The translations under genes were made by a program, and so were the position numbers. From Octopus sinensis (taxonomy: Eukaryota), in the NCBI RefSeq assembly GCF_006345805.1, contig NC_043012.1, forward strand, positions 30,194,001 through 30,258,000: a stretch of DNA of 64,000 nucleotides, written 5' to 3'. Below the pieces are notes generated by a model, which worked only from the letters and a program-made list of their open reading frames with translations, had not been told where the DNA came from and searched no databases. This document shows positions 53,110-64,000 of this stretch, piece by piece. How positions within the stretch are numbered: the stretch's first letter is position 1; every line of letters starts with the position of its first letter.

Positions 53110-55700
53110 TGACAACACCACCACCAAGAACAGCAACATCTCTAATGAACAAAAAAGATGTAAACGAGAGTCTTATGGGTTCCAGGATCAGCTTTTAATA
53201 AAATAATTCTTGAAGATTGTCACAACAAGGGAAAACCATATCTTAGTGGCCTGGATAGTCTACAGGAATGCCTGTGAGAGTTTTCCTCACAGCTGGATAA
53301 ATTTCAGAAACCAGGAATTTTGATCTCACGCCACGAAGCTTCGGAAAACGACACTAATCCACAACATTGGCGCTAAAGATACAAACTCTGGACGAGTCAG
53401 TATTAATTGTGGAATGCTTCAAGGAGACTAATTCTCTCCTTTCTTATTCTGCTTGGCACTGTTCCTTCTTGGTAAACTCTGGAATGAAGCAAATTCTAGA
53501 TACAAGGTGGCTGGAAAAACAATTAACCGTCTCCTCTCTATGATTGCAAAAAAAAAAAAAACCACCAACAACTGCAAGCATTCCTACACACAGTCAAAGA
53601 ATTTAGTGATAGCATCGAAACGGAATTTGGGCTTGACAAATGCGCCAAAGATACACATTTAGCAAAGGGGACACACATGCAACATCACTCAGGAGAGAAA
53701 CGCCGAGATAAAAAGAATTAGAACCTCAGGGCGATTATAAGTATCTAGAAGTATGTAAAGGAGACAGGATTAAACACTCACTAATGAGAGAAGAGATAAA
53801 TAAGGAGTGATTCCGATGATTCAGAGCAATTCTGGAAACTGAGATGAATGCTAGAAACAAAATGGAGGCCATAAACACGTTGGCCATGGCCTGTAATCAC
53901 ACACACACACACACACACCACACACACATTCAATGTAATAAACGGGTCCCTCTCTGAGATCAACAAAGTTGATGTCAAAATATGAAAGCTGATGACAATG
54001 CATCATGTGCATCACCCAAAAAGTAGTCACAGACCGAATGATGCCTCCTGAGATAAGAAAACGACCGAGGGTTAATACAATCTCGATTCTCATTGAGAAT
54101 TGCAACCATTGCACTTTCTGCCGACCCGCAACAAACAAACGACAAGGTGTTAAAGTAGGAGCATGAAGATACCAAAAAGTTGCACTCAATGACGAAATAC
54201 ATAAAAGAAAAATATGCCTCCGAGAAATGCAATTTGACGAACCAGTAACCAGCGAAAATGTGTCCCCAATAGACAAGGCAAAACAAAAGAAAACCATGAC
54301 CAAGCAAACCAACCTCCAACATATTAAGGAGAAATTGGAGCAAAGGCCATTGCATGGTAAATCACGGAATAAAATCAGAGACCTTGATGTAGATGAATCC
54401 CTTCTCCATCAGTGGCTGTCATGTTCTGGTCTCAAACCAGAAACTAAGGGGTTTATCAGTGCTGCTCAGGATGGGTTCCTTCCAACTAGGAATTCTCAGA
54501 GTGATAACCTGAAGCATGAAAGCAGCCCATCGTGTTGCATAGTAGAGAGCATCCAGAGACGATCGACCACACAATCTGGGGATTGGCAGCAGACTGGTAG
54601 CAAGAGCGTCCTTGCAGAGGACAGCTTAGCGATCCACTGGTCAATGTGCTGCACATACAACCCTGCCTCACGAAAACAACTGGTGGGAACAGAAGCCACA
54701 AGTTTCACACAATGCTGAGTTTACCGTCCTTCGTAATTTCAGTGTTCAGACGGATCAGGAAATACAGGCAAACCGATCAGATTTCATTGTGGAAAATCAT
54801 CTTGGAAAGATTGATGTTGCATCGTCGGCTGGCAAAAATATCTCTGAATTCGTTTGCAAAATTGAGCAAATGCAAGAACTTGGAGATTGAAATCGGAAGA
54901 ATGTGGCATCTCAAAACAACGACGTTTCCTATTGGAATGATATGAAGAGGAGCAAACGAACATGCAGAGTAAATTCATGGCAGCTACAAAATAAGGGAAT
55001 TGTAAAAGACCATTCTTATGAGCACCTAACACATTCTACACAAATTCCACTCCTTGTAAATGCACCCTAACTCATTCTTTTTTTCCCTTTTCCCCCACAG
55101 ATATCATGGTTTTCAGTTACACGGCATTTCACTAGTTAGTATCTTTGACATCTCTGATTGAGAATTGGATGTAACCCGTATAAATTAAAGCAAAATCGAA
55201 ACAATAATGAATGAGGGAAGAATACTATCCGTGGCCAGAAATATCCAAAAAGTTACTGAGACAATAGGAGAATTGAAGAACAGAAGGAATATGAGAGGAC
55301 AAATGGCTGAAGAGAGAAGAAATTACGCGGCTAATTCATGCAATAAACCGAAAATATGGGAAGAACGAATTTGATAAATTTGATAAACCTTGACTATGTC
55401 GATACAAGACTGCATTAGGATGTTAGACGAATGTGTGGATTCAAAATTAGAGAAAGGTGGTGTGGAACACAAACCAGGTGGGATGGAAAATAATAATTAC
55501 AGAACTAAGGACCTTGAAACAGAAGTCCCACCATTGCAGCATCTAAGAACAACAGCTGCGCCTGTGACCATCGGAGCTTTGGGGATAATATCAGATGGTG
55601 CTCTTAAAAATTATGGTCAATAGCAGGAAATCCCAAACTACAAAATATTGGTCTCATGAGTCCTGCCCAAACTCCAAGAGAAACTTTGTTAACCTGAAAA
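53110..55700 (+). mobile_element. Highly degenerate R4/Dong-type LINE (RT to RLE) following (TAC)n
   Basis: Remnants QLLINK, PHSWI, GMLQGD.FSPFLFCLAL, YKYL, PLHGK, WLSCSGLKPETKGFISAAQD, LEIEIGRMWHLKT..PI and PVTIGALG. Confidence 0.75.
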
Positions 55701-56154
55701 ATAACTGAATCTTTTAAAAGCTTTGAAATCGCAAATATTACACCAAAGTTTTCACGAAATCTTAATTCTCAGTATTTGCCCCCCCCCCTTTCACTGCAAA
55801 TATATTTTGCTTCTCATAAATAACACTGACAATAAAACATCATCTAATCCGCCGTTTCTCGAGGTTTCTGGGTGAGATTTGGAACGGTTCGCATTAAACA
55901 AAAGCATCAAAAAACAACAACGAAAACAGAAATAATGGCGATAATGACGACGACGACCACTAACACGATGATGATGATGATGATGATGATGGCAACGATG
56001 AAAATACTGCTGCTGTTGTTGGTGATGGTGATGGTAGTGATGTGAATGTTGTTGTTGTTGCTGCTGCTGATGATGATGAAGAGGATGAAAAACCCCCAGA
56101 AAAGTGACCTTAAGAGAAAATGAGTGATTCAAGATATTTGTAGTAAAGAGAGGG

Positions 56155-56215
<61 letters not shown>

Positions 56216-57227
56216 AAAGAGGAAGAAGGAGAGAGATTGGAGAGGGAGAGAGAGCTTAATTAATGAAATAGTTAATTGGAGGGATTTAATGGGGATTTAA
56301 GTGGGACGGGGAAAATAGTAGGATATGCTGTTGTGTGTGTGTGTGTGTGTGAATGCAGGGTTGCGTGTGAGGATAGATGTGTGTGGATATGTTTGCGTTG
56401 TTGTTTAACCCCAGGACAACCTTGATTGAATAGAAATCTAATCAAATGCATTCCATTTGTAACCATCCCAACCAACCCTGTATATTTTATCAGACAATGT
56501 ACCCATATTTTTTTTATACAATATGTCCTTCTCATTTTAAGGAAGTAAGGCATGATTTGTAAGAGATTTAGTTACTATTTCTAGCAATTCGACCAACCGC
56601 TCGGCATAGCATTGGAACTATGTTTCGTCCCCCACCCCCTCCTCTCAATGAGATACCACAACGTGTTCGCTCGACCTGCTAGAAATGGTAGCTAAATCTC
56701 CCTCAAATTACACACTGCCTAGAAGAGAATGATGGAATCATAAATACAGTGACAGAATAACAAACGTGATGGTCACGGACGAGGCGACTTTGAAAATAGC
56801 ACTGTTCTGGAACTGAACAACAGCAATGACATTGGTGGCGTGATGTGCAAAAAACAGCAGTTAAATACTGTTAAAATCTCACTCATACTGTCTTAGAAGA
56901 GAAGGAGGTGTTGGATAGTGTAGTGTTTAGGAAGACGACGTGATGGTCATGGTCGGAATGGTCTTATGTTTGGTCGACCAAAGCTAGTCTGGGAATGGAG
57001 GGGGAGGATGCTAAACAACAGCAACAACAAGAGTGAGGTATGAACAAAACCATTTTGTCCGGCGCTGTACACGCCCTGCCCCCACCTCACGTTCTTTCAC
57101 TCCGCCAACCCTCGCCAGCCCCCGTCATCCCTCGCCACCCCCGCCATCCCTCGCCACCTCCCTCGCCACACTTCAAGGAATCGCTATTAATTATCTAGCA
57201 ATATTAATTAAAAGTCAATGGTGGAAA

Positions 57228-57305
57228 GGGGCGGGAAACACCGGAAATCAGATGGAGGTCAGATGACCTGTGTTTTATTTTAGTTCTATGATATCACTTC
57301 CGGTT
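57228..57305. promoter_or_regulatory. Cluster of promoter-type motifs (E2F, ETS, nuclear-receptor IR2)
   Basis: GGGCGGGAAA, CCGGAAAT, AGGTCAgaTGACCT (57256-57269) and CACTTCCGGT within ~80 bp. Confidence 0.4.
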
Positions 57306-57488
57306 CACCACCACCACCACCACTACCACCACAACCACTACACCCTCCACTCCACCATTATCCATTTTCGCTAGCCATCATCATCATCATCGTCGTCGTC
57401 GTCGTCATCAACATCAATAACAACAACAATAAAATAAAAATTAAAATTACAAACGTACCTTAGCTGTTGTAGTAACAACAACCACAGT

Positions 57489-57538
<50 letters not shown>

Positions 57539-58293
57539 CCCCCACTCCCCCCACTGACATTAATGACACCAACACAGCAGTCTCATCTCCACGGCCATCA
57601 AAAACAACATCATCGCCGCCGCCGCCGCCGTCACTCCATCGCCACCACCACCACCACACCCCTCCACCTCCTCCTCCTCCTCCTCCTCTGCTTAATGTTT
57701 AATGAGATAAAAACAAATGAAGTGATCAGGGATCGATCTGTGTTTACGTCTCTTTCAATACATCGAAATCAATCAGTTAAATTGTGTATACGTGTACGTG
57801 TGTGTGTGTGTGTGTAATTGTGTTACATGAATATATGTGATGTTTGCATGTGTATGTGTGCGTATGTGTATGTGCACTTAGATAGGTTTGTATATGTTTG
57901 TTTTGTATGTTTGTATGTGTGTGCGTATGTTGTGTATATGTGTGTGTGTGTGTGTGTATGTATGAATGTATGTATGTGCGTGTGCTTATACCACCATGAG
58001 TGTGTTTGTGTCATTCTTATTAATTGCACGATGCGTTTGCATATATGTGCGCGCGCGCGCGTGTGTGTGTGTATGTGCATATATTTATTGTATGCGTGTT
58101 TATACATGTCTTTTTGCGAGTGTGTATGTTCGTGTATTTATATTTGTGTATATATATGTATTTGTTTATACATCTTAATGTATGCTATTATGTCTGTGTA
58201 TACACTTGCATATATCTGCGTGTATATGCATATGCATTTGTGTGTGTATAGCACAAACACACTCACACACACACACACACACACATACACACA

Positions 58294-58325
<32 letters not shown>

Positions 58326-59193
58326 ACACATCTATGTATCCCTTTGCGTATGCTTGTATTTGTCTGTTCTTACTGGTTTCCCATTTTCTAAAAGTGAAAT
58401 TCTTCCTCTGAAGAACGCGATGGTTTCCATCTTTGGAATCCGGACAACAACAAAGACATTCCACGTGGAACTTGAGAAAAGTTTTTATTTGGAGAGAAAG
58501 AAAGAGAAGAACAGGAACTTTGTTGGTGTGACAATATTAACAATTTGAAATGAAGCAACTTACTATCACTTTTTAATAATATTTCGATCATAAAAGATCA
58601 CCGTTGATTAATACATGGGAATAAAAATGCACACAGTTGTTGAGACTCAGTCGAACTCCATGAACGGTCGCGGGAGTTTTTACCTTGGTCGACCAAGGGC
58701 GCTGAAGTCCTTACAAAGTCCTTTTATTGCTTTGGTCGTCAGTTCTGTGCCAGAACCTTCTCCCGTTTCCAAAGTGTTGGTGGTGCTAGCCGTTCGACCT
58801 CTTGAATCTCCATCATTGCTTTTCTCAAAGACACTGCGACAACGTGTAATTATGACTGCTTATGTAAATATTTGATTGTTGTTCAAAGTAGTGTATTGTA
58901 AGAAAGACAAAACAAAACAGTTTGTAGAGGATTTTCAAATAAAACGAGCCATGCTGTTTTTACTGATATATATTTCGATAACAAAAGTTTCTTAGCAAAT
59001 AAAAGAATAGAATAAGACTAAATTTGACTCTCGAGGTAGAATTGAAAATAGGAATTTCTAGAGATTTCATATTTTATAAGCTAGCAGAATTGGCAGCGTC
59101 GATGAGACGTACAGCTTTCGATTGTTTCCAAGCTGAGATTGCAATGGCGTCGAAATTTCCGCATCGCCTTCCTCCCTCCGTAATATAAATACA

Positions 59194-59294
<101 letters not shown>

Positions 59295-59342
59295 CACACA
59301 CACACATATATATATGTCTGTGTGTGTGTATATATATATATA

Positions 59343-60038
59343 AGGCGGTGAGCTGGCAGAAGCGTTACCAAGCCGGGCGAAAGGCTTAGCGGTATTTCGT
59401 TTGTTTTTATGTTCTGAGTTCAAATTCCGCCGAGGTCGACTTTGCCGTTCATGTAGAATACGCACATATACAATCGATCGGGCGAAAGAGAAAGTACTTG
59501 GTTATTATAGAGTAGAGGATTTATTGAAATTTGATCGGCTGAAAGCAGGGCAGGCAATTCTCTGCAGTCACCCTGCGTGGGATTGGCGCAGTTCCTTAGG
59601 TCACTGACCTTTTTATTGCTGTAGGTGGCGTTTCTCTCCCACGCAAGTCTAATACCACTTGTTGCAAGTAATGGTTTCTAATTCACATACACCTACATAA
59701 TACCTACCTACTTACCTACCTACCTACCTACCTACATACATACATACATGAATACATACATGAATACATACATACACACATATGAATTCCCACGCACATT
59801 ATAATAATGATAATAATAATGTTAATAATAACAACCCTTTCTATTATAGGCACAACACCTGAAATTTTTGGGGAAGGTTAAGTCGATTACATCGACTCCA
59901 GTACGTAACTGGTACTTATTTAATCGACCCCGAAAGGATATAAGGCAAAGTCGACCTCGGCGGAATTTGAACTCAGAACGTAGCAACGGGTGAAATACCG
60001 TTAAGCATTTCGTCCAGCGCGTTAACGATTCTGCCAGC
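59343..60038. mobile_element. Inverted pair of family A SINEs (59343-59452 +, 59836-60038 -)
   Basis: GAGTTCAAATTCCGCCGAGGTCGACTTTGCC and its exact reverse complement about 500 bp apart. Confidence 0.85.
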
Positions 60039-60160
60039 ATTTATTTGCGACAAGAATGAAGGATGAGGGGGTGACCACAAAAGGTTTACATTAAGAAAAA
60101 CATTATGGACAACACCGGATAAAATACTGACCTCGTGTGTGCGTATTCGTGTGTGCGTGT

Positions 60161-60202
<42 letters not shown>

Positions 60203-60539
60203 GTGAGGGTTTTGCGTGTAAACAAATATGACAAATAAAAAAGGTGTTAATAACATTCAATAGAGAGGAGACATTCGAGGGTTGCTCATGGAAAAACCCT
60301 GTAAAACCACGGTTGCCCTGACTTCTGGGGCAGGGACCTTTTCTTAGTCCCTCGTCTTCAGTTACAGGCGTATGCTCAGCGAGGGCCCGTTCACTCGCAC
60401 CATTCTCACCACTTTCATCCATCTTTCAACAAAATGGCTGGAAGGTAACACTTCTCTTTCCAACCTTATTTTCCTCTTCAAGTGACCCCCAGAGAGGTCC
60501 ATCAGGGATTGGCCAAAGAGGAAAATAGGCAAAACACGA

Positions 60540-60685
60540 ACCAAAGGCTGTGATAGAAAATGAGAATTACAGGATCTTGTGGGATTTCCCCGTTAAGACC
60601 GACCATACTATTGAAGCAAGAAGTCCCGATCGTAGAGGACAAAATAAACAAACAGTATAAGATCATAGATTTTGCAATTTCCTTT
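60540..60685 (+). mobile_element. Small RLE LINE fragment
   Basis: VIENENYRILWDF..TDHTIEAR..D...KIIDFAI across frameshifts. Confidence 0.6.
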
Positions 60686-60827
60686 ATAATAATAAATTCC
60701 TCAAGGTTGGACTTGTCTTTCACCCTTTCACGAACGATAGAATAAAGTACCATTTGAGTACTGGGCTCTATGTAATCGACTTACCAACCTCCCCACAAAA
60801 TTGCTGGCCTTGTGCCGAAATTTGAAA

Positions 60828-60851
60828 CTACTACTACTACTACTACTACTA

Positions 60852-60933
<82 letters not shown>

Positions 60934-61299
60934 ACTACTACTACTACTACTACTTGGGGAAGAACCGTGGGGTGAGGGCGCGTGTCTGACTCAGATTCCT
61001 TGATTGGGCCAGGCTGGAGGTTCTCAAACGGCACATGATCGTTCCTTTGAATGCCTCATCCCATTTTGTTCGGAACCCTAACAAAACGCAACTTGTCATT
61101 GTAGTGGCCCCCTCATATGGCACCCCGCCACCCACAGCAAATAAAAAGAAGTCACTATCGTCTTACTCGTCATGATGATGATGATGATAATGATGATGCC
61201 GATCATCATCATCATCGTCATCATCATCATCATCATCATCACCACCACCACCACCACCACCACCACCATCATCATCATCAACAGGAGTAGCAACATCCC

Positions 61300-61330
<31 letters not shown>

Positions 61331-61500
61331 GTCATCATCATCATCATCATCATCATCATCGTCATCATCATCATCATGATTATTATTATCCGCACATCAC
61401 CACCCACAACAAAACGTAGGAATTGACGTCAGAATAACTAAGGAGACAATTTCTTTCTCTTCTCTTCTCTCAAGCTATTTAACTCTCTTTCTCTTTCCAC

Positions 61501-61557
<57 letters not shown>

Positions 61558-61884
61558 TACCCATATGCTTAAATATGCACATATTCCGTACATTATACAT
61601 ATACATATGTATATTTATATATTTACGTACATATACGTACATATATATATATATACATACATACATATATATATGTACACACACACAAACACATATATAT
61701 ATATATAATCATATGTATTATTCATACACATACATACACACACAGGTATATCAGTCCATCAATGAGTATATCTACCTGTCTTTCTACCTGTTTTTCTACC
61801 TGTACATTTCCTTACCTTACCAAATAAATGAATATAAAGAACAGACATATGCATACACATGTACACAAACACACACACACACAT

Positions 61885-61928
<44 letters not shown>

Positions 61929-62382
61929 TCGTGTACTGACGCATACACATTGTTATACACCTGACTACATTAACCGTTCTACGTAAGCACACCCACATCC
62001 CGAGTTACCAACACACTCACTCACTTACTGATACCCACCTTCACCGACACACCGACGCCGCCCACTTCTGCACGGAAATACTTTCTCACTGAACTCACGT
62101 AAAATTATATAACTAACATGATATGTATATGCGAGTGTGTGTACATGTATGTATGTATGTATGTATGTATGTATGTATGTTATGTATGTATGTATGTATG
62201 TATGTATGTATGTATATGTATGTATGCATATATATGTATATATAGATACACACACACACACATATATATATATACATATATATATACATAGGTACATAAT
62301 ATATATATATGTATGTATGTATGTATGTTTCTATGTATGTATGTATGTATGTATGTATGTATGTATGTATATATATATATAT

Positions 62383-62430
<48 letters not shown>
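60828..62430. repeat. (CTA)/(CTG)n, (CAT)n, (CA)n, (TATG)n and (TA)n microsatellite arrays
   Basis: Seen directly. Confidence 0.9.
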
Positions 62431-62432
<2 letters not shown>

Positions 62433-62439
62433 AAGCTCC

Positions 62440-64000
62440 AAAAACAACCGGAAGTTGAAAGAAGGCAAATAAAAAAGACATCCCTTCGCCCCCAGACACA
62501 GCTCTCAGGAAAAACAATGAAGGAGAGAAGGTTCCGATGACAAACCCGGAACATATATGAGTGTAAGAGGTCTGCTGGCATGGAGACGTAGAACAAATTA
62601 CGTCTTCATCCAAAGCTCAAGTCATAACACACACCATCTTCATCTTGAAAACATACAAATGTTGCAGAAACCACTTGAAAGAAAAAGCAATGTGAAGACA
62701 AAGCGCGGACAGCAGAAGTCGAAGAACAACCCTTTTCCAATATGGAACAAAGGATTGTAAGGCAATTGACCAGATTAAAACACAGAATAAAAAAAATTGT
62801 ACAAGCATACTAGAGCACTGCAAATAGAGAAAGATCCATGGTGGCCACCCCTGGTAACTTCACAAATGTCAAACCAGTGGCCATTTCAGATACACCATTT
62901 AGACATCAGTGCTATCGGTCAATGTAACAGGTCTTGTAACATCCCACCAGTACAAAAACTCACACATGAGAGACCTAGTTACATATTATCAAGTAATCTG
63001 CATGGCACTAACAAAAACGCACCCGAGCGATGACAAAGCAGACACTGAAATACACAAATCAAGGTGTGTTGCATTTCGAACGAAAGAATTCCTGGTGGAG
63101 TTGCGACGTACATCCGGGAAGATGTCCCGCCTTAAGTCTTACTGCCACACTCAAGCTCAGTCTGTGACACACTTATAGAATAAACAAGCAAATGAAAATG
63201 GTGATGTGTACTTCCTATCGTCCACCAGATTTCCCAAATCATGGGGACTCTTTGGAAGACAGTCTCAAAAAGATGGAAGAAGTATTAACCATCCAAGATG
63301 ATAGCTTTCATATACTTCTTCTAGGAAGCTTCAACCTCCCTAATGTCTGATGGCTTGAGGACCATCTTCTCATAAGTATATTACTGCATGAGCAGATGCA
63401 AGCAGAGTTCATATTTAACCTTACAAACTTGTTATTCATGGAGCAAAAAGTGCTGCACCCAATTCAGGGTTAAAATGTCCTGGACCTCTGCGCCACAAAT
63501 AATGTGACGCTCATCCATAATGTTCAAGTGCCACCAATGATTTTCTCTGACCATCTCTTAGTCGATCTAACAATGTCTGGCTTAAAGAAAACTGCCGATG
63601 CACAGTCTTCTGGAAGAATCACAACTTCTTTCCAGCCTGAATTTCCATAAAGCTAATTGAAAAGGTATTCAGAAATAAACCCTGGAACAAAAGTGGCCAG
63701 CGAGTCTGTCTAAGCAGCATATTGATATAAAGCTACAACAGTTTATGATAATCATGCAAGACATATGCAATAAGTTTGCTCCAGGGAAAATGCCCAATGA
63801 ACAGAAAAACATAATTCCTAGAGATAGGAAAATTTTAATGAGATGACGAACAAAGATCTCAAATTGTCTAAATAGGCCATTAAAGGAAAGTGAGGAATCC
63901 TATTTCAAATGAGTACTGCTTGAGATTGAAAATTGGCCCAAACGCAGCTCTGACAGGAAAAGAAGCCAGGGCTGTAAAAAAAGCCTTCTAAAGATTTGCA
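62440..64000 (+). mobile_element. Degenerate LINE (CR1/L2 group) endonuclease region, running off the window end
   Basis: Remnants YRPPD, LLG.FNLP, LFMEQ, VLDLC.TNN, SDH and IPRDRKILMR with many stops. Confidence 0.7.

Noticed and set aside
58600-58880. Possible mariner N-terminal remnant on the minus strand (FKRGRTA..., GRPR)
   Set aside because: Too degenerate, and no TIRs were identified.

Overview
This is AT-rich, microsatellite-dense eukaryotic DNA whose SINE, LINE and microsatellite repertoire resembles an Octopus (coleoid cephalopod) genome; the taxon is my inference. Two host genes are well supported. The first is an ODF3/CIMAP1 (SHIPPO-repeat) ciliary gene with an intronless CDS at 8027-8806 (+). 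The second is a convergent Canopy (CNPY2-like, saposin-fold ER protein) gene on the minus strand with five coding exons (22645 to 14306; 248 aa by my splice reconstruction) and an acidic tail ending NEEL. The rest is mostly transposon material: a near full-length CR1-type LINE, several R4/Dong-type RLE LINE fragments (one split by a full-length mariner), a Penelope-like GIY-YIG fragment, hAT and Merlin-like MITEs with clear target-site duplications (TSDs), and many tRNA-derived SINEs. Five structures stand out: (1) near-identical ~140 bp inverted repeats bracketing the ODF3 exon; (2) an 816-bp almost fully palindromic Merlin-like element with telomeric repeats near the CNPY promoter; (3) a Penelope 3' module with Pol III boxes and a degenerate hammerhead ribozyme, split by an (AAT)n-targeting element; (4) a possible circularly permuted hammerhead remnant at 52.4-52.7 kb; (5) an orphan RFX X-box near 30 kb. 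Most short ORFs in the supplied track are microsatellite artefacts. All comparisons were made by eye, and repeat boundaries are approximate unless a TSD fixes them.
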